NCBI GenBank assembly: GCA_020137815.1
Contig: CM035358.1
Location: 1,116,001 to 1,180,000 of the forward strand
DNA: 64,000 nt
Direction: 5' to 3'
From: Hormiphora californensis
Lineage: Eukaryota > Animalia > Ctenophora
Notes under the pieces: generated by a model
What the model saw: the letters and a program-made list of their open reading frames with translations, nothing else
Databases searched by the model: none
What the model was told of the DNA's origin: nothing
Translations under genes and position numbers: made by a program
In this document: positions 1 through 19,573 of the stretch, piece by piece
Layout of the letters: every line of letters begins with the position of its first letter
How positions within the stretch are numbered: position 1 is the first letter of the stretch

Positions 1-730
1 CTATCTGATTCACATTTCGCACTGTCTTTCATACACTTCAGAACATCTATGTACAACATTGAGATATTTAAGCGTCTATAATAGTTGTGGCAAAATTGCT
101 ACAGGATTAAGGTCAAATGATTGTCCTATAACAACTCCTAGGACTAACTATCCAAAAACATCCCTAAGGACCTTTACACACCAACGGACGTACGTACGTA
201 CGTACGTACGGATTGTGTCGGGACACACCAACGGACGTACGGATTGCGCGCAGTGGATACCCGCGTTCTCAGAAACAGCTGCGCTAAGCTCTTTGAAGTA
301 AAGGCACCGCGCCTTACGTCGATGAACAGACCTAACTTGCGATTAGGCAATTACCACATGAATAGAAGAAATCCTCAACTGCTCACTCTTACAAATCCTA
401 TGAACCGGTAGTTGGTACTTGCCTCTCTATCTACAACGTCTTTTAAAGTATGAATAGTTTCACCCTTCAGCCGACCGAACATTGGGACAAAATAAATAGT
501 TCTTTGCTATTAGGATGGAATCTTATAACAAATTGAAAACGCAAAGTTTCTAAGAGACAGACACAAACACAGTGTAAACTATTTCTGGACACTACTTTAT
601 CGATCACACTATATGTATGTAATATTCTCAAGAGTTTTGTTAACACCATGGTAAAAAGATGTTCGTGATATCATAGTGCCTAATCCTAAAGTTAAATTTT
701 AGTACATCAAATCTCCATGTACCACCCTAC

Positions 731-1872
731 CTCACTCAGCCGTATCCCTGTTGATAGGGTCATGCAGGACGAGTAGACAACTCCCGTAGTCTTATACTTT
801 AAGTGCGGAGTGTCAAGAAGTCCGTACCGTAGCTTGTCAGATAATTCCGTTATATTATTAATTTGTTGGAGAAAGGGAGTCTTATACGGATGATGATTCA
901 AGGCATCGATTTTAGATGCACAATTATATTGCTAGTAGATTGGGATGTGGATACGTAATCGTACAAGAGAGGGTGTTTGTAACCGTATCGGCATAATCTG
1001 GGAGGAGGGGAGGAAGGTTTAGTTAAAAGAGCGTCCAGTTTACCTATGCTCCTTTTAGAATTGGTTTACGATATTTCAAAAAGACCACCGTACTAGCTGA
1101 GAAAGAGACACAAATCATACTCTTCGTGAACGCAAGTCGTGCATTTGGATTTCCAGTCTTTCTCCCGCTTCTGACTTCCCTTTCTCTTACTGTAGTTCAC
1201 ATGGGGGGGCCACTATCAGAAAATGAACAAGAATCGATAATTTACGTAACCTTCTATCTGGCCGGGATCCGAAATACAGTGGGCGAGGCAACTAAAATGT
1301 GATTTGAATGGGAGCCTCTCTCATTATCTCTAGTGCTCAGTCGTGGGTACAGTTAGTCAGGACCTGCAAGGAGAGCTGTTATTACATATCTAGGTATGTA
1401 TGATTGTGTAAAAATTCCCTCTTATTCCCTTCCTGAATTCCCCTCGACAATGTTCTTATGTTACATTTGTTCGCGGCGTGGTGAAGCAGGTGAACAAGAC
1501 AATCAGTTCAGTACTCACCAGCTACACTGAGCAGTGTATCCTTAGGTATAATCTCAGTCGCCACTGCAGACTACTCAACACCCTGATACAGCCCTGGAGT
1601 GTGTCGCTACCTCCCTGAATCAGAATGCAGAATGGTGATGCCAAGCCTGCCGAACTATTTGTCACCGTCACTATTTGTTCGTAGTGTAGAGTTTTACTGA
1701 TCGTCAAACCTAGAGGATGAACAGGGTTTAGAGAGATCTGCACTCGGTATCAGGGGAGTGTGAGCAGGTTGTTATGTTCTGAGTTCTGACCCACCTAAAA
1801 ATTTGTAAACATACACAACAAGAATCCCATTCAAAAGAAAGACTATGAAATGCTCTTCTCTCTCTCTCTCTC

Positions 1873-1911
<39 letters not shown>

Positions 1912-4070
1912 TCCATCTCCATCTCCATCTCCATCTCCATCTCCATCTCCACATCTCCATCCTCCATTCTCCATCTCCATCTCCATCTCCATCTCCATCT
2001 CCATCTCCATCTCCATCTCCATCTCCATACTCCATCTCCATCTCCATCTCCATCTCCATCTCCATCTCCATCTCCATCTCCATCTCCATCTCATCTCCAT
2101 CTCCCCCCCCCCCATCTCCATCTCCATCCCTCCATCTCCATCTCCATCTCCATCTCCATCTCCATCTCCATCTCCATCTCCATCTCATCTCCATCTCCAT
2201 CTCCATCTCCATCTCCATCTCCATCTCCATCTCCATCTCCATCTCCATCTCCATCTCCATCTCCATCTCCATCTCCATCTCCATCTCATCTCCATCTCCA
2301 TCTCCATCTCCATCTCCATCTCCATCCCACTCCTCTCCATCTCCATCTCCCATCTCCATCCTCCACTCTCCACTCTCCATCTCTCCATCTCCATCTCCAT
2401 CTCATCTCCATCTCATCTCCATCTCCATCTCCATCTCCATCTCCATCTCCATCTCCATCTCCTCATCTCCATCTCCACCATCTCCATCTCCATCTATCTC
2501 TAACAATTCTCCCTCCCTACTCACGGCGGAGTAACTTTTCAGCTACTATAGTGTAACTTAGCCTACATCATGCAACAAGGTCGAACAAGGAAGGCAGGGG
2601 GTGTGATTTGATCGATACTGGAACTGGTAAGAGATTATAGCAAGTAGCAACGTGTGATCTGAAACTTACTCATGAGTGGTAAGTGCACTGCTATCTCCAT
2701 CCCCGATATTAAAGAGCATCTCCAGCTCTGCATCGGATGGGGGCACTGTACAAGATTGGCATTCATTACAGTTAGTCGGACCCTATTCTTGCATTGTCGT
2801 AGTAGGCTGCCTGTTCGAATGATAGGCCACTAACGGGGACATCGTTTATTGCAGGGACAACGTCACCCGACCGGAGACGGCCATCTTGGTATATTAGACC
2901 TGGGGGAAGAGGTGAGGTCAGTCAAGACTAGATCTGGTGAAGAGAGGATCAGGACCTGGTGATGGATATGTAATCAATAAACCTGGGTTTATATGTAGCG
3001 GGTCACCCGCTAGGGTGATTCGCTGCACCATATACTGCCCGACCTGCGAAGCAGGGAGGGTGGTATATGGTATAAAACCCTACCAAAGGGAGGGGTTTAT
3101 ACTTTATATCAGCAAGGATTTATTGATTATAAGTTTTAGCGGCAAAAACATCCTTGCTTTTAATAGCGGGCGGGGTATATCAGACAAATTTTCACCCGCT
3201 GACATTCATATAGGGAAATGGAAGTGAATTTGATACTTTGTTCAAGTGCTCACACTTGCACTCTATGTTCCAAAATCCCCCTCTAAACTATATACAGCGT
3301 GCACTAACCTGTTGACACGATATTCTTGACAGCAAGATGTTTCCTGTTCATTTAGACAGAGCGTCATACCAAGCCTGGAATTATTTTCTCTCACAAACTC
3401 TACCACGAAGGGCCGATCCAAATATCTGTCCATCATATTGTACAGAGATGGTCGTGGTGTCGGGTAGATACACATCTTCAAACGATCTTCAACCTAGAGG
3501 ATGATAGGGAGAGTTAATATTGTGCCTAGCTGTTAATAACTTTTTCATAGACATACAGTCGGACCCCGATTTAGGGGCATCCTCGGGGAAAAAATCCTGC
3601 CACTAAATCGGGGGCCACTAAATCGGGGTCCGACTGTATTGCCAATCTCCCTCTTGTGACTTGACTAGATGATAGAATATGTAGGTCATAGGTGCCCAGT
3701 GGAAAACCCCAACGGGGCACCTACCTATTCTATAATCTAGTGTGTGATCAGGTTACATAGTACCAATGGTACCGTACCATTCGATCTAGTCTCTCTGTAG
3801 GGCCGTATCTTCACAGTTAGGAATCTTTTCTTAACATTTTTGTAGATTCTTAGTGCTCCCTCGTGAGACACAGGACGGCACTCGTGGATGTCCGGTGTCC
3901 GCGCACACCCAGGCCAAAAAGATGGAGAAGAAAAGAAAAAATGGAAAAAACCAAAAAGAATGGTGCTCCAACCACAATTTACAATTACTACAGAGTACAG
4001 AAGGGCAATTCTTTATCTTGTGTTACCTGTTTGGAGGTGAGCATCAGCAGCTGCAGCCTGCAGCCCATCT
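731..4070 (-). CDS. Multi-PDZ-domain protein, multi-exon, with several frameshifts/stops (consensus errors or pseudogene); may continue left of 731
   Basis: GT-AG exons 3309-3493 ([24 protein letters not shown]..) and 2670-2899 ([32 protein letters not shown], then after a frame change [13 protein letters not shown]) form a PDZ domain. Exons 1519-1794 (RLGITILH.., [12 protein letters not shown]) and 1251-1363 ([22 protein letters not shown]) resemble a second PDZ. Confidence 0.6.
1858..2498. repeat. Compound microsatellite: (CT)n followed by about 590 bp of (CTCCAT)n, intronic
   Basis: Directly visible; it explains the low-complexity ME/RW/GD/SP/IS/HL ORFs. Confidence 0.97.
3556..3636. mobile_element. 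TA-flanked MITE (Tc1/mariner-pogo type), with a mirror copy at 4816-4896
   Basis: TA|CAGTCGGACCCCGATTTAG ... CTAAATCGGGGTCCGACTG|TA. Confidence 0.85.
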
Positions 4071-4379
4071 GAATATCTTTCTTTTATGTATGTTTTTTAG
4101 TTTTTACTTTTTAGTAAAAAGTAAAAACTAAAAACTGAATCGAAGAAACGATAAATTTGAGAAATCCACGCGCAGCCCAGCTGTTTTGTCAGCACTGTAT
4201 ATGCTTTCGGCGTGGGAAAAATGCGCGCAGCGTGAGAATTTCCCACGCCGAAAGCATATACAGTGCTGACAAAACAGGGGCTGCGCGTGGATTTCTCAAA
4301 TTTATCGTTCTTTCGATTCAGCTTTTAGTTTTTACTCTTTACTAAAAAGAAAAACAAAAACATACATAAAAAAAAATAT

Positions 4380-5772
4380 TCAGATGGGGCTGCAGGCTGC
4401 CGCGTGATGCTCACCTCCAAACAGGTAACACAGATAAAGAATTGCCCTTCTGTACTCTGTAGTAATTGTAAATTGTGGTTGGAGCACCATCTTTTTGGTT
4501 TTTTCCATTTTTTCTTTTCTTTCTCCATCTTTTTGGCCTGGGTGTCCGCGGACACCCGGACATCCACGAGTGCCGTCCCTGTGTCTCACGAGGGAGCACT
4601 AAGAATCTACAAAAATGTTAAGAAAAGATTCCTAACTGTGAAGATACGGCCCTACAGAGAGACTAGATCGAATGGTACGGTACCATTGGTACTATGTAAC
4701 CTGATCACACACTAGATTATAGAATAGGTAGGTGCCCCGTTGGGGTTTTCCACTGGGCACCTATGACCTACATATTCTATCATCTAGTCAAGTCACAAGA
4801 GGGAGATTGGCAATACAGTCGGACCCCGATTTAGTGGCCCCCGATTTAGTGGCAGGATTTTTTCCCCGAGGATGCCCCTAAATCGGGGTCCGACTGTATG
4901 TCTATGAAAAAGTTATTAACAGCTAGGCACAATATTAACTCTCCCTATCATCCTCTAGGTTGAAGATCGTTTGAAGATGTGTATCTACCCGACACCACGA
5001 CCATCTCTGTACAATATGATGGACAGATATTTGGATCGGCCCTTCGTGGTAGAGTTTGTGAGAGAAAATAATTCCAGGCTTGGTATGACGCTCTGTCTAA
5101 ATGAACAGGAACATCTTGCTGTCAAGAATATCGTGTCAACAGGTTAGTGCACGCTGTATATAGTTTAGAGGGGGATTTTGGAACATAGAGTGCAAGTGTG
5201 AGCACTTGAACAAGTATCAAATTCACTTCCATTTCCCTATATGAATGTCAGCGGGTGAAAATTTGTCTGATATACCCCGCCCGCTATTAAAAGCAAGGAT
5301 GTTTTTGCCGCTAAAACTTATAATCAATAAATCCTTGCTGATATAAAGTATAAACCCCTCCCTTTGGTAGGGTTTTATACCATATACCACCCTCCCTGCT
5401 TCGCAGGTCGGGCAGTATATGGTGCAGCGAATCACCCTAGCGGGTGACCCGCTACATATAAACCCAGGTTTATTGATTACATATCCATCACCAGGTCCTG
5501 ATCCTCTCTTCACCAGATCTAGTCTTGACTGACCTCACCTCTTCCCCCAGGTCTAATATACCAAGATGGCCGTCTCGGTCGGGTGACGTTGTCCCTGCAA
5601 TAAACGATGTCCCCGTTAGTGGCCTATCATTCGAACAGGCAGCCTACTACGACAATGCAAGAATAGGGTCCGACTAACTGTAATGAATGCCAATCTTGTA
5701 CAGTGCCCCCATCCGATGCAGAGCTGGAGATGCTCTTTAATATCGGGATGGAGATAGCAGTGCACTTTACCA
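4380..5772 (+). pseudogene. Truncated mirror copy of the 5' exons of the PDZ gene
   Basis: Right arm of the palindrome. It reads ..[14 protein letters not shown]|G in frame, then ends inside the second PDZ exon at 5772. Confidence 0.6.
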
Positions 5773-5865
5773 TTAGCTTACTTGACAGTCTTATTAGTGC
5801 TTTAAAATTATTATGAGACGTCGAATGTCATTCCTAAGAACTTGTTTGTAGGAGAGGAAGGGGGA

Positions 5866-5868
<3 letters not shown>

Positions 5869-5948
<80 letters not shown>

Positions 5949-5953
5949 GAGAG
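5869..5953. repeat. (GA)n microsatellite
   Basis: Directly visible. Many similar (GA)n/(CT)n tracts occur elsewhere, e.g. 7698-7860, 9706-9940, 10420-10517, 11268-11378, 20820-20968, 23736-23978, 30809-31020, 35105-35222, 38233-38296, 43331-43518, 61804-61891. Confidence 0.97.
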
Positions 5954-6046
5954 ACCATCCTTTTCAAGCAGCTTGAATCTCAGCACTAAAACTACAGTAG
6001 TGGTAGTTGCTGCACGCTACAAATAGCAAGATATCATAACATCTTA

Positions 6047-7687
6047 CACGGTGCACCAGAAGGATCGTCAACCCAAAGTTGAGCCCACAAAACAAACTTT
6101 TGTTGGGGGTGACCCAGGAGGCCTTCCTGAACATCCCCACGGTGAGAAAAGTATATGTTATCGGGGGAAATTTTTGTCAAAATCGAAAAAACTGGTTTTT
6201 GGTCCAAATTTGTGCATAACTTACTTGACTGCCGTTTGATGAAATATCTGATTGACATAAAATAAGTATACAAGACCTATTTTTACACGAGGAATCGACT
6301 GCCGGTGGAGAGAAATCTCTAAAATGACCGGAAAATTGTCAAATATGGGAATTTTGTCATTTTTTTGAGGTTTTTGTCCCTTTAACCATTGAAAACGTTG
6401 AGATAGGAAGTTGGCAATAGCGCCAATCGTTAAAATGGTCATTTTTCTACGGGATCCCAAAATTTCATGTATATCCGATTCATGGTTAGATTTTGGCAAA
6501 CTATTGAGATGTGCTTACTGAAAAAAGGATAACTTGATTTTCTCGTTTTTTGCGATTTTTTAACTTTTGAAAGAATTCTGATTGAAATGGCCAATCAGGG
6601 CCATGCTAAAGTTGTTTATGGGACAATTTTCGACCAAAATCCAAGATTTCATGCAAATCCAATGACAGATCATTGATTTATAGAAAGTTGAAATAGGCAA
6701 AAAAGGCCAATTTTTACCATGAAAACAAAAATACACATTTTTTTCTTGTCAATTTCCATCAACAACTGGTACCCTACCTATTTTTGCACGTAGAATCGAT
6801 TGCCGGTGGAGTGGATCCTCTTAAATGATTGGAAAAGCGGTCAAAATGCCATTTTTTGGAGGTCCAAAAACTTCCAAAAAATGACATTTCGACCGCTTTC
6901 CAATCATTTAAGAGGATCCACTCCACCGGCAATCGATTCTACGTGCAAAAAATAGGTAGGGTACCAGTTGTTGATGGAAATTGACAAGAAAAAAAAATGT
7001 GTATTTTTGTTTTCATGGTAAAAATTGGCCTTTTTTGCCTATTTCAACTTTCTATAAATCAATGATCTGTCATTGGATTTGCATGAAATCTTGGATTTTG
7101 GTCGAAAATTGTCCCATAAACAACTTTAGCATGGCCCTGATTGGCCATTTCAATCAGAATTCTTTCAAAAGTTAAAAAATCGCAAAAAACGAGAAAATCA
7201 AGTTATCCTTTTTTCAGTAAGCACATCTCAATAGTTTGCCAAAATCTAACCATGAATCGGATATACATGAAATTTTGGGATCCCGTAGAAAAATGACCAT
7301 TTTAACGATTGGCGCTATTGCCAACTTCCTATCTCAACGTTTTCAATGGTTAAAGGGCCAAAAACCTCAAAAAATGACAAAATTCCCATATTTGACAATT
7401 TTCCGGTCATTTTAGAGATTTCTCTCCACCGGCAATCGATTCCTCGTGCAAAAATAGGTCTTGTATACTTATTTTATGTCAATCAGATATTTCATCAAAC
7501 GGCAGTCAAGTAAGTTATGCACAAATTTGGACCAAAAACCAGTTTTTTCGATTTTGACAAAAATTTCCCCCGATAACATATACTTTTCTCACCGTGGGGA
7601 TGTTCAGGAAGGCCTCCTGGGTCACCCCCAACAAAAGTTTGTTTTGTGGGCTCAACTTTGGGTTGACGATCCTTCTGGTGCACCGTG
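6047..7687. mobile_element. Non-autonomous foldback DNA transposon, CAC..GTG termini with a 4-bp TSD (Chapaev/CMC-like)
   Basis: CTTA|CACGGTGCACCAGAAGG ... CCTTCTGGTGCACCGTG|CTTA. Arms are about 815 bp with a loop of about 10 nt near 6862-6870. The arms differ by scattered substitutions. An internal subrepeat occurs at about 6274 and 6776. No transposase. Confidence 0.85.
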
Positions 7688-7695
7688 CTTAGCAT

Positions 7696-7757
<62 letters not shown>

Positions 7758-7775
7758 CCTCTATTACTTCCCCTT

Positions 7776-7855
<80 letters not shown>

Positions 7856-8168
7856 CCTCTATCTTTATTTCAATATCTTATCTATCGAACAGCTATTAAT
7901 CTTTATTTCTATGTACCTTATCAAAAATATCATTATGTTGGCGCTCCTTTGGATAGCGGGAAAAGTCGAGAGAAGACGCAATCCTTTCAGTTTCATAATT
8001 CCGTTCTTTCACTTTACTCGCATGAGCTGGGAAAAAGGATTTAATTAAAATTATTGCTTTTCAAATTTCTTTGCTAGACCCTATTTCACAACACGCCGCG
8101 ACGACAAATATTGTAAAGGAGGGTTAGAACATAAAACATTTTCAACATCTATTACTCAAGTTACACAC

Positions 8169-12896
<4,728 letters not shown>

Positions 12897-13179
12897 TCAG
12901 TTTTGTTGATGATTGTTACTTCTTCAAAACGGTCCCCTTGATGTATTCCATTGATTAAAATCTCCCTCTAGACCCTAAAATAATTCATATCAAGTTATTT
13001 TCACCGGGTACAAACCTATCTTCATTTTAATACTTTGAAGCTTACAGAAATGCAAAATATATACAATTTTGAACTCGCTGAAGAAGATAGTTTATGAAAA
13101 TTCGATAAAAAACAGTTTTTGATTTTGAATTTTTTGTTTTAAATTTCGTTTTTTAGTTTTTTTAAAGTTTGTGAAATGA

Positions 13180-13262
13180 AAATGTTGCGCGCGGCGTTAA
13201 TGCAGCGTAAAAAGAGAAGTCATCGCGTGTGCGGACTATAATGAGAAAATGCCTCGCATTTA
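13180..13262. promoter_or_regulatory. Putative bidirectional promoter (CGCG-rich patch in AT-rich spacer)
   Basis: Lies between the divergent start codons at 12896(-) and 13512(+); gttgcgcgcggcg..cgcgtgtgcgg is flanked by T-/A-rich runs. Confidence 0.5.
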
Positions 13263-13511
13263 AATTGAAAATGAGCTGAAATTGAAAACTTGAAAAAACT
13301 TTGCCAAACTTCTTTTTCTCTCTTCTTTTTCTTTCTTTTTCTGTACTGTCTTTTCTGACTCCTTTCGTGTCTTACATGATCATTTACTCAAGCTTGTTTG
13401 TAATCAATCGTATACACGCTATTCTATTCGTTATTCTACTTTACAGAGTTATTTTACCTCAGTACATCACCAAATTCTCTCCAAAAGGCGAGGCATGGTC
13501 TATAATTCACC

Positions 13512-16315
<2,804 letters not shown>

Positions 16316-16357
16316 TAAAAACGAAAGCCAGCATGCCATGCACGTGCCCTGTTCTAA

Positions 16358-16369
16358 AAGAGAGGAGAG

Positions 16370-16404
<35 letters not shown>

Positions 16405-16474
16405 CGAGAGAAAGAGGAGAGGAGAGAAGGAAAAAAGAGAGAAGAGAGAGAGAAGAGAGAGAGATAAGGAGAGA

Positions 16475-16536
<62 letters not shown>

Positions 16537-16590
16537 GAGAGAGAAGGAGAGAGAGATAGAGAGAGGAGAAGAGAGAGAGAGAGAGAGAGA

Positions 16591-16633
<43 letters not shown>

Positions 16634-16677
16634 TGAAGAAGAGAGAGGAGACGAAGAGAAAAGAGAAGAGAGATAGC

Positions 16678-16730
<53 letters not shown>
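16358..16730. repeat. Degenerate (GA)n tract
   Basis: Directly visible. Confidence 0.9.
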
Positions 16731-16974
16731 TAGAATAATAACCTGCATGATCGAGATGGATTCAGAAAGAGAGAGATGGTTTGAAAATGAAGATTGGGAA
16801 AGGAAAAGATACACTTAGGAACATAGTTATAATTATCAAAAGGAGAAGTATACTAGACAGAGACATCGAGTCAGAAGATAGAAAGATTGAGAAACAGAGA
16901 ATAGTCCACGTACGATAAAATTATTCCTCTATTATAGTGAAAACAGCATATCTCTTGTCATACACATGTGACAT

Positions 16975-19570
16975 CTTATTAGTCTCTATAGAGGACCCTC
17001 TTGATGGATCCCTCCGTCCTCAAAGGACTTTTTTTGATCCCATTTTCTTCTTTTCTCTTCTTTTTACACCATTACTTTCGATTTTTTTGGGGCACGATGA
17101 TATGCGGCCCCATTTTAAAGAAGAAGGAGATGGGGATGATAGAAATTCAAGTGGGGGTTTAACAGCCTTTTTGACAACCCCCCGCGGGGGGGGAAGTCTT
17201 TGGGGGGCCAAAAATGGTGTTTTTTTCCAGAATTTTTTTTAAAACTTTTTTTGACTTACTTATTTGATTAAGGCGGTTCTTTGTCCGAGCAGTCGTTCGG
17301 CCCGCCACAGACACGATTTTCCTTTAAAACCCTTTGATATCCCCATCATAGATGGGCCCCGACCTCCCTGAGCTGGAAATATAGGTTTTTGGGTCTACCC
17401 CGGTTTCTAGAGCCCCCTATCGGGTTTCCCCAAAACAGCGTTGGTGAGCTGTTGCCCTCGTGCCTTGGACTGTCCAGCCACCCAAGGGTTTTTACGGTCC
17501 CCAGTTCAGAAACTCGGGGAATTCTGGAAGACTTCCTTTTAGAGACCTTATCCCACCAGTGATGAAAAGCCCCTTTCGTAGCACCCTACTATAACAGCCC
17601 CCCAATTTGTTTCTCAATGGGAATGAAAAGGGCCCTTTTTCAGCCGTATAATGAATGGCCTCTACAGTATTTAAGGAAAGGTTTACCTTAATGCTCCTTC
17701 TCAGGCATTTTTCCATATTCCTTTGGGGTCTATGACACCCCCCTCCCCCCCCGGGCCTTGCCTCCTAATGTTTTAAAATCCTTTCCGTCGTTTTTTAAAG
17801 GTGGGCCCCAAGGGTAAACAAAAAATCGTCCATGTTTTTTGATATTTTTCCCGTAGAGTAAGAGGGGAAGGTTCTCTAACCAGTAGCCAAAATTTAGTTT
17901 CCCTTCTTTAGGTGAAGCCCAACGCAGGCGCTGCCGTTTCCAGACTTTTTAAAAATTCCTGTCCCCTTCGATTGTTCCGAAAGGAGTGACAGGTCATCGG
18001 AATCGGTGTTGTGATCTTCTTAGGAAAAAACGCCCTCTTCCTCTTCCTGAGGGTAAATCCAACGTCCCTAACCCCGAGCCCTCTCATGAATAGTCAATAG
18101 CGATAATAACAAATTGGAGCCAAGGGCCCCCCTGTAAAACGCCAGCCAGAATTTAAATAGCCTCCGGAGTCCTCCCCGTTTTAACCCGGGGCCCTGGTTG
18201 TCCTCGTACAACATTTTATAAGCCCAACTAATTTTTTCAGGAATCCCTAAGCCTTTTAGAATGGCATAAGAAACCCCCTGTGCAAAGAAAAAAAAAAGCA
18301 CGCCGAAAAAATCTATAAATGGAAAAGAATTAATTTTTTTTGTTACTCCTTCCAAAACCGCCGGGAGGGCCAGAAGGTGACTGGTAGGGCCTCCCGGTCG
18401 GAACCATTTGGTTATCCCTCAAAATAGCTCAATGGGGGGGTGAGGCGTTGAGGATTTATTAGGGAGTTTTTAGAGCAACGGAGGTCAGAGGATTCCCCTA
18501 AGGTTTTAGTTTTTTTTGGGGGCCCCCCCTTTTTAGGCACGTTGAGAAAAACTAATACCCAAAGTCATCGACCCCCCCCCGTTCAGGGCCCCAGGGTAGA
18601 CCACTCTCCCGGGGGCCTTTCCCCCCCTTAAGGACCTTTTAGCTGCGGTATACTCTCTGACTGAACGTATCTGAATAAGGGCTCCTCACATACTGTATAA
18701 TGACAAGGTCCTCTCGGAAAAAACTAGGCGGTTAAAAGGAGATCCAGAAAAAAGGGGTTTTTCCCCCAAGACTCCCGCCTCCCCCCAGCAAATACCAACC
18801 TTCTACCAGGCCACCACCCCTTCCTTTTTGAGTCCCCAGAACATCCCAAAGGGTCCCACGCCACCTTATTTTTTCCTTCATCTTAGCGTTTCACCCGACG
18901 AATTTCTGAGAGATAAATTCTTCAGGACTGAGGCATGGTTTCCCTTTTAAAAGTTCTCCCTTCGCAACCTCGACTCTATTTTTCTCAGTAGGATGAAAAA
19001 AAAAAGCTTTTTTAGCCTTAAAAAATCGTCTCTTTCACTACGAACCCAGGCCTCATTGCGCTTTTCGGTAGCAAAAAAATTTTGAGTTTCTACTATTAAC
19101 GGAGGCCCGGGCTTCCAACGGCAAGCCCACAGGGGACTATCGCAAAGCGATATCGCCGGCACTAGGAGAATAGCCCCCCTCCCCTCCCCCACCATCAGGA
19201 ACTGCCCACAGGACCAGGTTCCATTATAGGTGCTTCGGTTCGGGATGGTAACTCCTCGAGAGTCGCAGGATATTGATTCTTCTTCCCTATGAGTCTTGGA
19301 TCTTTGGCTCTCTATCCCTGCGACAGGTGGGGATGAGTTCTTCTAATCTTTCTCTTGGTTCTTGAGTTTATTTGCTTTCTCGATTAGTTTGATGGCTACC
19401 GCGGTATTATATATGTGTAATGTGAGACCTATCTGTCTGATTAGGATCAATTAAGTCCGATTAGGTTAGAAGGCTGAACTAGCAAGGATTTGTTCTCAGT
19501 CAACAGTTTTGTTTAGTATGTATATATTGGTGGTATGTATATATTGGCGGGGCGGTTCGGGGCGGGTGGA
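16975..19570 (-). mobile_element. Decayed or poorly basecalled non-LTR retrotransposon, RTE/RTE-X clade (APE endonuclease + RT)
   Basis: Minus-strand fragments FIDF..AILKGLGIPEKI..KMLYEDNQ (RT), TDSDDLSLLS near 17980-18010 (ADD motif) and TVEAIHYTAE..GCYSRVLR (RTE C-terminal region). YNGTW near 19215 resembles the APE start. Boundaries are approximate. Confidence 0.75.
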
Positions 19571-19573
19571 GGG

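Larger units (their letters stand above)
2677..5772. repeat. 3.1-kb inverted duplication (arms about 1.54 kb, loop about 20 nt at about 4220-4238)
   Basis: tggtaagtgcactgc at 2677 mirrors gcagtgcactttacca ending 5772. Identical 96-aa ORFs at 2937(+) and 5513(-). Centre is cgtgggaaa-aatgcgcgcagcgtgagaa-tttcccacg. Confidence 0.97.

Noticed and set aside
183-242. (ACGT)n self-complementary run with a short direct repeat
   Set aside because: A simple tetranucleotide microsatellite with no further structure.
1728-2534. Long ORFs of ME/RW/GD/SP/IS/HL dipeptides
   Set aside because: They are translations of the (CTCCAT)n and (CT)n microsatellite inside an intron.
2937-3227. 96-aa ORF present twice
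   Set aside because: It lies in an intron of the PDZ gene, has no recognisable domain, and is duplicated only because of the palindrome.
4220-4240. Retained PacBio SMRTbell adapter at the palindrome centre
   Set aside because: The loop sequence does not resemble the adapter; other foldback artefacts remain possible.
6034-7749. Mirror-image ORFs in the foldback as a transposase
   Set aside because: Short, non-ATG or lacking any DDE motif; they arise from the palindrome. The same applies to the ORFs at 21388 and 22142.
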